From Lewinellaceae bacterium (lineage in GTDB: Bacteria; Bacteroidota; Bacteroidia; Chitinophagales; Saprospiraceae), in the NCBI GenBank assembly GCA_029976695.1, contig JARQTN010000084.1:1-63469 (forward strand): DNA of 63,469 nt. Direction: 5' to 3'. Below are positions 31,553 to 41,199 of this stretch, piece after piece. Position numbers and translations under genes: made by a program. Positions within the stretch are counted from its first letter, which is position 1. Every line of letters begins with the position of its first letter. The notes beneath the pieces are model-generated. The model was not told the DNA's origin, did not search any database, and saw nothing but the letters and a program-made list of their open reading frames with translations.

Positions 31553-31583
31553 GGTTGAAAATTGTAGGCTAATATCTAGTATC

Positions 31584-34500
31584 ATGAGACTCAATCTTTG
31601 TACAATAGGAAACTTGAAATGGGTGGCTGTGGGTTGCCTGCTGGCGGTACAGGTCATTGGAGCGTCCGGAATGGCAGGACATGATTGGGACATGGCTTCC
31701 GGCACCAGCAGTGAAAGCATGCTGGCCGTGACGGTCAATTGCCCGCCTCCGGTAACCATTTCATGCGATGTCGACCCCCTTCCGGATATCGCTGGAGAAG
31801 CTGCCGGATTTACGACATGTCAGGTATCTGAGGACGTGGTGATCAGCTATGAAGACAATACCGCTCAGTTGACCTCGTGCAGTAATACCGGCAGCCTTGT
31901 CCGTACCTGGACAGCCACGGATGCCTGTGGTGAGTCTGTGACCTGTGTCCAGGTCATCACGATTGAGGATGTCACGGCACCCACGATCATGTGCCCGTCT
32001 ACATCCATCATCTCATGCGAACAGGATACAAGCCCGGCAAGCCTGGGCATGCCCTTTGTCTCTGATAATTGTGCAGACGAAAGTGAACTGGCTGTGACCT
32101 ATCATGATAACCTGCAAAACCTGCAGGGTTGCAATGGCACCGGCAGTTTTTTACGCCTCTGGCAGGTGGCGGATGCCTGTGGCAACCAGGCGAACTGCGC
32201 CCAGACCATTCTCATTTCAGATGATGTCCTCCCGGATATTGTCTGTCCCCCGGACCTGCAGGTGAATTGCACAGGATCGATAGATCCGGCTGAAATCGGC
32301 CCGGCAACCGCCTCGGATAATTGCACTCCGGTGGCGGATTTACAGATTGATTATAGTGATAACCTCCTCGGGCTGACCGGGTGCAACGGGACGGGCATTG
32401 TGATCCGGAGCTGGGCAGCCAGCGATGCCTGTGGCAATATGAGTATGTGTACCCAGGTGATTACAGTTGTGGACGAGGCTGCCCCTGCCATCGAATGCCC
32501 TGCTGACCTCGAGATCAGTTGTGCAGATTCCTCCCTTCCCTCAGCAACAGGAACGGCTGCTGCCGAAGATGATTGCGGGATTGTCCTGGTCGACTTTGAG
32601 GACCAGGTCGATGCGTTGAACGGATGTAACGGTACGGGCATACTCACCCGTACCTGGACCGCTACTGACGGATGCGGAAACAGCATTGACTGTATCCAGA
32701 CAATCTCCATTACAGACAACAGTGTTCCAGTGATTGAATGCCCGTCCACGATCACGGTGGATTGCAGCCTGGGCACTGACCCGGCTGTAACCGGAGAAGT
32801 TTTTGTTACGGATAATTGTACAGCCGGTGCAGCCCTCGATATTAGTTATGTCGATGAACCCGGCATGCTGACTGGTTGCAATGGTACAGGTACATTCCAA
32901 AGGACCTGGAATGTGTCAGATGCATGCGGCAACGCTACCCATTGCACTCAGGTTATCCATGTCACAGATGAAAGTGCGCCATCAATAGCATGTCCTGAGG
33001 ACATTGTTGTGAGCTGTTCTGCCTCCCTTGATCCTTCAGAAGTGGGTACACCGGTCATTGCAGACAATTGTACACCTGAGGCGGATCTCCAGTTGTCTTA
33101 TTCACATGACATTTCAAATGCGAACGGATGTAATGGCACAGGTGTAATGCAAAGGACCTGGCTGGTTTTAGATGCATGTGGAAATAGCTCTTCATGTGTT
33201 CAGAACCTGATGCTCGTTGACGATGTCCAGCCGGAAATATCTTGTGCAGCAGAGGTCACGATTACATGTACAGACGACACTTCGCCTGAATTCACGGGAT
33301 GGTCCACTGCATCTGATAATTGCACCCCTGAGTCAGAGATTCAGATCAGTTTTGTGGATACGGATAACCTCACGGGATGTAACGGAACCGGGACCCTGCT
33401 CAGAACCTGGACCTCCGCAGATCTCTGCGGTAATAGCATCAGTTGTACTCAGATCATTCATGTGGTGGATGAAACAAAACCGGTGATTGAATGTCCTGAG
33501 CCTGCCACAGTCGGATGCAACGACAGCACCAGCCCTGATGCCCTGGGTTACCCGGCAGGTACAGATGAGTGCACGCCCGCACAGGATCTTGAAATCCATT
33601 ATGCGGATAATCTTGCCGGATTGACAGATTGCATGGGAACAGGAGAGATCCTGCGCAACTGGACTGTCCTGGATGCCTGTGGCAATCTGAGCTCATGTAC
33701 GCAGACCATTACGGTTTCGGATGCGAATGCCCCGGAAATCTCATGCCCAGCTGATGCAATCGTCTCTTGTGAAGACGATCTTTCAACTGCGGCTTTGGGC
33801 ACAGCAACAGCAGTAGATGATTGCACACCGGCACAAATGATCGCAATCGTCCATGAGGACAATACCGGAACACTGCCCGGATGCAACGGGACAGGAATCC
33901 TCGTGCGTACATGGTCGGCAACCGATGCGTGCGGAAATGAGGCGAACTGCACACAAACGATCCAGGTGCGCGACGAGACGGCACCTGAAATCCAGTGCCC
34001 GGCATCACTGACATTTGATTGTGCCGAGGATCTGTCACCTGAAGAAATCGGTTTTGCCCTTGTGAGTGATAACTGTTCCCCCGGGGACGTGATATCCCTG
34101 ACCTTCTCGGATGATGACAGCGGTTTGACCGGTTGCAACGGAACCGGCAATAAATACAGGACATGGACTGCGATTGACCTGTGTGGAAATGCGGCAAGCT
34201 GCGTACAGACGATGACAATCGTAGATACAAACGGACCTGACCTGACTTGCCCGGAGAATGCGCAGGTAGGTTGTGGCACGGCACTTGATCCATCAAATAC
34301 CGGAAATATCATCGTCGCAGACAATTGTACACCATTCGAATCACTCCTCATCCAATATGACGATGCTGAACAGGGCCTAGTCGGGTGCAACGGATCGGGA
34401 AGTATCGTGCGTACATGGACGGTTGAGGATGCGTGTGGAAATGTTTCGACCTGCGTCCAGCAGATCGCGGTTGTAGACGACATCCCTCCGGTAATCGCCT

Positions 34501-37500
34501 GTCAAGATCCGGTTGAAATTGAATGTGGTACATCACAGGATACATCAGCAGTAAAACCGCCTGCCGTTACAGACAATTGCAGTGCAGCAGCGGAGATCCA
34601 GATCCTGTACTTTGACAATGCAACAGGATTGACAGGGTGTAACGGTTCCGGTACGCTGTATCGCAATTGGATAGCTTTTGACGAGTGCGGAAACATGTCA
34701 TCCTGTAACCAGGTGATCGAGGTCGTGGACAACAAACCTCCGGTCATCGAGATCCCGGCACCAGTGACTGTAAGTTGTGAACTTGCGGACGACCTTGGCG
34801 TACTGGGCCAGGCCACTGCTGTAGATAATTGCAGCGATGCAGAAGACGTGTTCCTTTTCTATGAGGATATCGACGATGGCCTGACGGCATGCAATGGCAC
34901 TGGTTTGAAAAGAAGAATGTGGATTGCCATGGATGGGTGCGGAAATATCGATACCGCCATCCAGGAGATCACCCTGATCGATACACTGGCTCCACTCTTT
35001 TACTGCCCGTTGAATATTTCCGTGGGCCCTGATGCGGATATTTACGATTTTGACAAACTGGGCGAAGTGCAGGTCCTCGTGGATAACTGTGCACCTGTCG
35101 AAAGCGTCGAGATCCGTTATGAAGATGATATTTTCAACCTGACTGACTGCGCCGGAAGCCCGACGATTTCAAGGAAATGGTACGTCAATGATCCTTGCGG
35201 GAATATTGGAACGTGTATCCAGTATATCAGCGTAGCACAATACAATGCGCCGGCACCGACATTCCCGGCCGACCTTGAGATCCCGTGCGAAGATGATGTA
35301 TTTGATATGTCACGTTTAGGAGAGCCGGAACTGCCCGGTGGTGTGGCTGGACTCCTCATCGATACGGTTTATTACACCGATGTACAGTTTGCCGCAAAAG
35401 AGAATGGTTTCATGCATATGCGTGAATGGTATGTGGCGGATTACTGCCAGCATGTAACAAGGGATACCCAATACATCCAGTTGACCGACGAGTCAGCACC
35501 GGAGATGACGCTGAAACCCATGACTGTTGATTTCAAGCAGCAGCCTTCATTTACGGTCAGCCCGGATGATGTCGTGTTGATGTCGCAGGATAATTGTACA
35601 CCGGAAATTTCATTCTCCATCGAGCCGGCGGTTTTAACCTGCGAAGACTTTATCACGACAAATACACAGACGATCACCGTGACGGCAACGGATGACTTTG
35701 GAAATGAAACAGTCCTCCAGACAGAGGCGGTTGTTGCTGATCCACAGGTTGTGCTTTCATGCCCATCGCAGATCTTTGTTCAACTGGATCCGGGAGAGTG
35801 CTCCGAAATCGTGGATTATACCGTTACCGCCGTTTCACCTTGCGGGCCTGATCCTGAACTCGTACAAACTGATGACACACAGCTGACCTCAGGAGATTAT
35901 TTCCCAATGGGACAGACGATCCTGACGTATGAAGCTACGGATGCCCTGGGTGCCAGTGTCTCATGCTCGATCACGATCGAAGTCGAACCCTACGCGGCAG
36001 GCCAGTTCCTGGTCTGCAACGACCTGGTCAATGTATCCGTGAATGAATCATGTGAAGCAACGCTGACACCGGATATTATCCTGGAGGGAGACTCCTATGG
36101 CTGTTATGACCAGTACAGGATCTATTCCGAGGATCCTTCAGTGATCATCATTGACGGAATTCTGCAGGGAGCTCCCCAGATCGGTGAAACATTCCAGGTC
36201 TGTATCGAGGATACCATGACGAACAATTTCTGTTGTACTGAAATCTTCCTTGAGGACAAGCTGCCACCAGTGCTGGAATGCCAGGACGTGACAATTTCCT
36301 GTTCGGAAAGCACGGACCCTGCAGCGGTGGATGCGTTCCCGGTACCAGGAGGCGCGATCGTTTCGCCCCTTCCGGATGGCCGTTATGCTGTGACGGGCAA
36401 TGACAATTGCCAGGCATCGGTCCTGGAATATGAAGATGAATCCGAGGTGTTCATGTGTGAAGGAGATTATATCCGCATCATCACACGAACATGGACGGCT
36501 ACCGATGCTTCCGGCAATACGGCCGGTTGCGTGCAGACATTGTACTTGCAGCGCGGCCTGTTTGAGGACATCGTCCTGCCGGCAGATACCGTACTTGAAT
36601 GCAACGATCCATGCATCCTCCCTGATGGTACAACGGACCCGGCTTGTACAGGAGAGCCGACCGGTGATTTTTGTGACCAGTTCTTTTATGGAAAAACGGA
36701 CAAGATCATCAACGGATGCGGCGGCACCTATGCGATCAAGCGGACGTGGAAGGTCGTTGACTGGTGCAACCCGGACAACCTGATCGAGCATGTCCAGATA
36801 ATCAATATCGATGATACACAGGGACCTGTGCTTGCATGCCCTGATACCATACAAGTGCCACTGGATCCTGCTGAATGCACCAGTACCGTAAATCTTGTTC
36901 CGCCTGCGGCAACAGATGCGTGCATGTCGGACTCCATCACATTTGTTTTGCGAAACTCGGTTGAGACGTACACAGATGTGAACGGTGTATGGACGATTGA
37001 GGGATTGGAAATCGGAACATATCACTTTCAGTGGCAGGCTACTGATGCCTGCGGGAATATCACCCTCTGCGACTTTGTCTTGGAGATCGTGGACAATGTG
37101 CCGCCAGTCGCCTATTGTGACCAGCATACGGTGGTCGCCATCTCCAATGAAGACCGTCAGGGAGTATCTGTGTCCCCGGCGATCGTATTTGATGATGGGA
37201 GTTTTGACGCCTGCTCGGATGTGGCTTTCCGGGTGCGCCGGATGGATTCATGTATCGATTTCGACTGGACGGACAACAATCATTCCCATCAACCTGACGG
37301 TGTGGTGAACGGCTACGACAAAGGCACTTTGTTTGACCAGTATGTACCTTTCTCATGTTGTGATGTTGCCTCAGGCGAGCCGGTGATGGTCCAGCTTGAA
37401 GTAACCGATGAGGCAGGTAATGTCAATTATTGTATGGTCGAAGTAACGGTCCAGGACAAGATTGCGCCCAAGGTGACCTGTCCTCCGGACATTGAGGTGA

Positions 37501-40109
37501 GCTGCCAGTATTGGTTTGATGAAAACAACCTTGATGAACTCACCGACCGGACTTTCGGAACCGTTGTGGACGGATTCTACCAGGATGAATCTGACAGGCA
37601 AGCGATCATCATCAATGATCCCGGCAATCCGGAATATGCACAACCACATACATGGGGTATTGACGGTTTTGCTACGGATAATTGCAATATGAACCTGTCA
37701 CTGTCTGTCTCTTTGTATGATGACTGCAGCGGGGAAACGCTGCCTGGAAACCACCCCGAAGGGGCGATCAGGCTCATTGAGCGGAATTTCCTGGCGGTCG
37801 ATCCGAGTGGGAAAAGTTCATTCTGCAGGCAGCACATCTGGATCGTCAATTATGATCCGTTCTATATCAATCCGGATAATCCGGATGACCCGGGTGATGA
37901 TGTGATCTGGCCAGCTGACCTTGAAGTAGACCACTGTGGTATCCCGGATACGATCTATCCAATCCTGAAAAATACGGATTGCGGCACAATCGCCACGAAT
38001 CTGGAGGAGCAGAAATTCTACCTTGACGAAGGATCCTGCATGAAGATACTGAGGCACTGGACAGTCATCGACTGGTGTCAGTACAATTCAATTACGAATG
38101 AAGGGATTTGGGAGTATACCCAGGTCGTGAAAATTACGGATGATGCATCGGCAGTCTTTACCGATTGCCCGGATGAGACGGTGGTCCTTTGCTCGGTAGA
38201 TGACCGGATCGAGGATCTGCCGACAACCATCGATGACCCGACTCCATGTGCTGCGCATGTCAATCTCGAGCATGTCATTGAGGATGTGTGTTCAAGGACA
38301 GTCACATATGATGTGAAGGTGTATCCCTTCAATGGCCCGGAATATATCCAGGTGGTACCAGAACGGCAGCAAGCCTTGTTCAACGGTTCGGCTGTGATCA
38401 CTTTTGATTCGAAATCAAGTCCGGTCATAGAGATCGCACAGGGTGGCCTTCCGTATAATGACCCGTTTGATGAGACCGATGCACACCGTGTCCTCTGGAC
38501 GGTGCTGGATGCCTGCGGAAACATTTCGACCTGCTCCTACCTGGTGCGGCTGGAGGATTGCAAGCAACCTTCCCCGGTTTGTATCAATGGGCTGAGCACG
38601 GTTGTCATGCCGAGCAATGGGGAAATCACGATATGGGCAGATGATTTTGATGCCGGCAGTTATGACAATTGTACATCGCAGGAAGAACTCCTGTTCAGCT
38701 TCTCCGGCGAGGTGTACCAGCCGGGCATGAAACTGACATGCGACAATATCCCGTTCTTCGGTGCGCAGTTCCCGGTCAAGATCCATGTCTGGGACAGCTG
38801 GGGCAACCATGACTATTGTTCAACCATGATCCTGGTGCATGACAATGACAACGTCTGCGGACAGTCCAACGGTGGATTGTTTGGCAATGTGTCGACCAGT
38901 GAGCCGAATATCATGGTGGGGAACGCATCTGTTGTGCTCTCGCACCCAAACAGCTATTTTAACCAGGTTGTTACAGCAGAAAACGGGTACTATGCATTCC
39001 CGTCTGTACCGGAAGGCAATGGGTATGAAGTAAGCGTGGAAAGGAATGACAATCCGAAAAACGGTGTGTCTTCGCTTGACCTGATCCGTATCCAGAAGCA
39101 CCTGCTCTCTACGGAGCCGATTGTGGATCCATACGATATGATTGCAGCGGATATCAACAACAATGGTGCGATCAGCGCAGTGGATATGATCGAGTTGCGC
39201 AAACTGATCCTCGGGGTGTACACGGAGTTCCCGGACAACAAGTCCTGGAGGTTTGTACCAAAATCATTCGAGTTTACGGATCCATATGCACCCTGGCCAT
39301 TCGACGAATCCGTTGTCCTGGGACTGGACTCCGTCCAAATGGTCCAGGAAGACTTCGTCGGTGTGAAGATCGGCGACCTGAACAATACAGTTGTGGCCAA
39401 TGCGCAACAGGTTGTGGTCAGGAACGCCTATGATGTGCTTCACCTGGCATTCGATAACAAAGTTGTCAGCAGCGGACAGGAAGTCCTGATCCCTGTGCGT
39501 TGTGAGCAAACGCTGGACCTGAGCGGGATCCAGTTCACCCTGGAAAGTCCTTCTTCGCTGTTCGCGGGGATTGAACCTGGCGCCCTTCCGGTAAGTGAAG
39601 TGAATTTCGCCCTTGTCGGTGACAAGCTCACCTTCAGCTGGACGGATGTGGAGGCGGCATTCCTGGAGGAAGGGGATATCCTTTTCTCCATCCGGATGGT
39701 CGCAGGTGAAGATGGTGAACTAGGTCAAATGATCAGGATCAGTTCAGAAATTACCGAAGCGGAAGCCTATGACGGCAGCGAACAGATTCTGGACATCGCG
39801 TTGAATGCGCGCACCTCAGGTCAGGGGCAGCCGGAAGCTGAAATTGCATTGTTCCAGAACCAGCCAAACCCGTTTGACAAAACGACAATGATCGGGTTTG
39901 AGATCCCTGAAAGGGCCGAAGTCGCACTGACGGTGTTCAATATGGCAGGGCAGCTTGTCCACCAGGTCCGCCAGGAGATGGATGCGGGTCTGCACCAGAT
40001 CGAAGTGACGGCAGATGACCTGCGCGGAAGCGGCGTATACTACTACACACTACAGGTTGGAGGAGGCCATTTGCTCACGAAGAAAATGGTATTCCAGCCG
40101 TTGAGATGA
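31584..40109 (+). CDS. Giant (2841 aa) T9SS-secreted cell-surface protein: at least 14 tandem HYR-like Cys-rich modules plus divergent copies, a Cna-B/CarbopepD_reg-like domain, a dockerin-like module, a cohesin-like module, and a type-A Por/T9SS C-terminal sorting domain
   Basis: Single uninterrupted ORF. Each repeat has the form 'CPxDxxVxC...DNCTPxxxLxIxYxDN...LTGCNGTGxxxRTWxAxDACGNxxxCxQxIxVxDxxxPxIxCP'. The C-terminal 'NQPNPFDKTTMIGFEIPERAEVALTVFNMAGQLV...GVYYYTLQVGGGHLLTKKMVF' matches the TIGR04183-type C-terminal domain. Confidence 0.8.
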   Translation: MRLNLCTIGNLKWVAVGCLLAVQVIGASGMAGHDWDMASGTSSESMLAVTVNCPPPVTISCDVDPLPDIAGEAAGFTTCQVSEDVVISYEDNTAQLTSCSNTGSLVRTWTATDACGESVTCVQVITIEDVTAPTIMCPSTSIISCEQDTSPASLGMPFVSDNCADESELAVTYHDNLQNLQGCNGTGSFLRLWQVADACGNQANCAQTILISDDVLPDIVCPPDLQVNCTGSIDPAEIGPATASDNCTPVADLQIDYSDNLLGLTGCNGTGIVIRSWAASDACGNMSMCTQVITVVDEAAPAIECPADLEISCADSSLPSATGTAAAEDDCGIVLVDFEDQVDALNGCNGTGILTRTWTATDGCGNSIDCIQTISITDNSVPVIECPSTITVDCSLGTDPAVTGEVFVTDNCTAGAALDISYVDEPGMLTGCNGTGTFQRTWNVSDACGNATHCTQVIHVTDESAPSIACPEDIVVSCSASLDPSEVGTPVIADNCTPEADLQLSYSHDISNANGCNGTGVMQRTWLVLDACGNSSSCVQNLMLVDDVQPEISCAAEVTITCTDDTSPEFTGWSTASDNCTPESEIQISFVDTDNLTGCNGTGTLLRTWTSADLCGNSISCTQIIHVVDETKPVIECPEPATVGCNDSTSPDALGYPAGTDECTPAQDLEIHYADNLAGLTDCMGTGEILRNWTVLDACGNLSSCTQTITVSDANAPEISCPADAIVSCEDDLSTAALGTATAVDDCTPAQMIAIVHEDNTGTLPGCNGTGILVRTWSATDACGNEANCTQTIQVRDETAPEIQCPASLTFDCAEDLSPEEIGFALVSDNCSPGDVISLTFSDDDSGLTGCNGTGNKYRTWTAIDLCGNAASCVQTMTIVDTNGPDLTCPENAQVGCGTALDPSNTGNIIVADNCTPFESLLIQYDDAEQGLVGCNGSGSIVRTWTVEDACGNVSTCVQQIAVVDDIPPVIACQDPVEIECGTSQDTSAVKPPAVTDNCSAAAEIQILYFDNATGLTGCNGSGTLYRNWIAFDECGNMSSCNQVIEVVDNKPPVIEIPAPVTVSCELADDLGVLGQATAVDNCSDAEDVFLFYEDIDDGLTACNGTGLKRRMWIAMDGCGNIDTAIQEITLIDTLAPLFYCPLNISVGPDADIYDFDKLGEVQVLVDNCAPVESVEIRYEDDIFNLTDCAGSPTISRKWYVNDPCGNIGTCIQYISVAQYNAPAPTFPADLEIPCEDDVFDMSRLGEPELPGGVAGLLIDTVYYTDVQFAAKENGFMHMREWYVADYCQHVTRDTQYIQLTDESAPEMTLKPMTVDFKQQPSFTVSPDDVVLMSQDNCTPEISFSIEPAVLTCEDFITTNTQTITVTATDDFGNETVLQTEAVVADPQVVLSCPSQIFVQLDPGECSEIVDYTVTAVSPCGPDPELVQTDDTQLTSGDYFPMGQTILTYEATDALGASVSCSITIEVEPYAAGQFLVCNDLVNVSVNESCEATLTPDIILEGDSYGCYDQYRIYSEDPSVIIIDGILQGAPQIGETFQVCIEDTMTNNFCCTEIFLEDKLPPVLECQDVTISCSESTDPAAVDAFPVPGGAIVSPLPDGRYAVTGNDNCQASVLEYEDESEVFMCEGDYIRIITRTWTATDASGNTAGCVQTLYLQRGLFEDIVLPADTVLECNDPCILPDGTTDPACTGEPTGDFCDQFFYGKTDKIINGCGGTYAIKRTWKVVDWCNPDNLIEHVQIINIDDTQGPVLACPDTIQVPLDPAECTSTVNLVPPAATDACMSDSITFVLRNSVETYTDVNGVWTIEGLEIGTYHFQWQATDACGNITLCDFVLEIVDNVPPVAYCDQHTVVAISNEDRQGVSVSPAIVFDDGSFDACSDVAFRVRRMDSCIDFDWTDNNHSHQPDGVVNGYDKGTLFDQYVPFSCCDVASGEPVMVQLEVTDEAGNVNYCMVEVTVQDKIAPKVTCPPDIEVSCQYWFDENNLDELTDRTFGTVVDGFYQDESDRQAIIINDPGNPEYAQPHTWGIDGFATDNCNMNLSLSVSLYDDCSGETLPGNHPEGAIRLIERNFLAVDPSGKSSFCRQHIWIVNYDPFYINPDNPDDPGDDVIWPADLEVDHCGIPDTIYPILKNTDCGTIATNLEEQKFYLDEGSCMKILRHWTVIDWCQYNSITNEGIWEYTQVVKITDDASAVFTDCPDETVVLCSVDDRIEDLPTTIDDPTPCAAHVNLEHVIEDVCSRTVTYDVKVYPFNGPEYIQVVPERQQALFNGSAVITFDSKSSPVIEIAQGGLPYNDPFDETDAHRVLWTVLDACGNISTCSYLVRLEDCKQPSPVCINGLSTVVMPSNGEITIWADDFDAGSYDNCTSQEELLFSFSGEVYQPGMKLTCDNIPFFGAQFPVKIHVWDSWGNHDYCSTMILVHDNDNVCGQSNGGLFGNVSTSEPNIMVGNASVVLSHPNSYFNQVVTAENGYYAFPSVPEGNGYEVSVERNDNPKNGVSSLDLIRIQKHLLSTEPIVDPYDMIAADINNNGAISAVDMIELRKLILGVYTEFPDNKSWRFVPKSFEFTDPYAPWPFDESVVLGLDSVQMVQEDFVGVKIGDLNNTVVANAQQVVVRNAYDVLHLAFDNKVVSSGQEVLIPVRCEQTLDLSGIQFTLESPSSLFAGIEPGALPVSEVNFALVGDKLTFSWTDVEAAFLEEGDILFSIRMVAGEDGELGQMIRISSEITEAEAYDGSEQILDIALNARTSGQGQPEAEIALFQNQPNPFDKTTMIGFEIPERAEVALTVFNMAGQLVHQVRQEMDAGLHQIEVTADDLRGSGVYYYTLQVGGGHLLTKKMVFQPLR
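31738..35280 (+). repeat. 14 tandem ~246-nt (82-aa) HYR-like module repeats within the giant ORF
   Basis: Periodic recurrence of CNGTG...RTW..DACGN...C.Q.I.V.D...P.I.CP in the translation. Later copies out to about nt 38550 are degenerate. Confidence 0.6.
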
Positions 40110-40146
40110 TATAAAATTCATTGAGTCTCTACTCATTAATCCTGTT

Positions 40147-40177
40147 GCCCCGGCAAAAGCGCCGGGGCTTTTTTATT
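40147..40177 (+). terminator. Rho-independent terminator after the giant adhesin gene
   Basis: gccccggc-aaaagc-gccggggc followed by ttttttatt. Confidence 0.65.
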
Positions 40178-40220
40178 GCTGTTTTTGTAATTTTGGCGCT
40201 CATTCAAGCAGCACACGAAG

Positions 40221-41177
40221 ATGAAAGTGATCGATTATCTTAAAAGGTCTCCGGGAGAAACCATTGTCTCCTTTGAGATTCTGCCCCCGCTGAAAGGTGG
40301 GAGCATGAATGACATCTTCAAATTGCTGGACCCTTTGATGGAGTTCAATCCCCCGTTTATCGATGTGACCTATCACCGGGAGGAGTTCATTTACCAGAAA
40401 AAGGAATCAGGGTACTATGAAAAAACCGCAATAAGGAAACGGCCGGGTACGGTAGGTATTTGCGCCGCGATCATGCATCACTACAAGATCGAAGCCGTCC
40501 CCCACCTGATCTGTGGCGGATTCTCCAGGGAAGAAACGGAAAATGCCCTGATCGACCTGAACTTCCTGAATATCAAGAATGTCCTTGCCTTGCGCGGGGA
40601 CGCGATGCAGTTTGAAACCAAGTTCAAGCCCGAACAGGGCGGTCATCACTACGCTGTTGATCTGGTGAAGCAGATTCACTCGATGAACCGGGGGGTGTAC
40701 CTGGATTCCAATATTGAGAACGGGAGCAAGACGGATTTCTGCATTGGTATTGCAGGTTATCCCGAAAAACATTTTGAGGCCCCGAACATGGAAATGGATA
40801 TTCAGTACCTGAAGGAAAAGATCAACGCAGGTGGTGAGTATATCGTCACCCAGATGTTTTTCGACAACGAAAAGTTTTTTGAATTCGAGCAAAAGTGCAG
40901 GGCGGCCGGGATTCACGTTCCGATTATTCCGGGTTTAAAGCCACTGACGCGGCGGTACCAGCTGAATTCTATTCCGCGCAGGTTTTTTGTCAACATGCCT
41001 GATGACCTGGTCAAATCGGTCAATCAGGCACAATCCGATGATGCAGTGCGCCAGGCAGGTATTGAATGGTGCATCCAGCAATCCAGGGAGTTGCTTGACC
41101 GTGGGGTGCCCTGCTTGCATTATTACACGATGGGCGATGCCGAAACGACCAAAAAGGTGGTGAGCGCCATCGCCTGA
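40221..41177 (+). CDS. metF: 5,10-methylenetetrahydrofolate reductase
   Basis: 318 aa. 'VSFEILPPLKG' N-terminus. TIM-barrel MTHFR motifs. Confidence 0.85.
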   Translation: MKVIDYLKRSPGETIVSFEILPPLKGGSMNDIFKLLDPLMEFNPPFIDVTYHREEFIYQKKESGYYEKTAIRKRPGTVGICAAIMHHYKIEAVPHLICGGFSREETENALIDLNFLNIKNVLALRGDAMQFETKFKPEQGGHHYAVDLVKQIHSMNRGVYLDSNIENGSKTDFCIGIAGYPEKHFEAPNMEMDIQYLKEKINAGGEYIVTQMFFDNEKFFEFEQKCRAAGIHVPIIPGLKPLTRRYQLNSIPRRFFVNMPDDLVKSVNQAQSDDAVRQAGIEWCIQQSRELLDRGVPCLHYYTMGDAETTKKVVSAIA

Positions 41178-41199
41178 AACAGCATTTAAATCAAAACAG

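Noticed and set aside
33599-34483. Long antisense ORFs (294 aa here; also 36138..37127 at 329 aa, 32351..32776, 32541..32900) inside the giant adhesin gene
   Set aside because: They are low-complexity Ser/Ala/Pro/His-rich translations of the opposite strand of a GC-rich repetitive gene. They have no motifs and no independent start context, so they are spurious.
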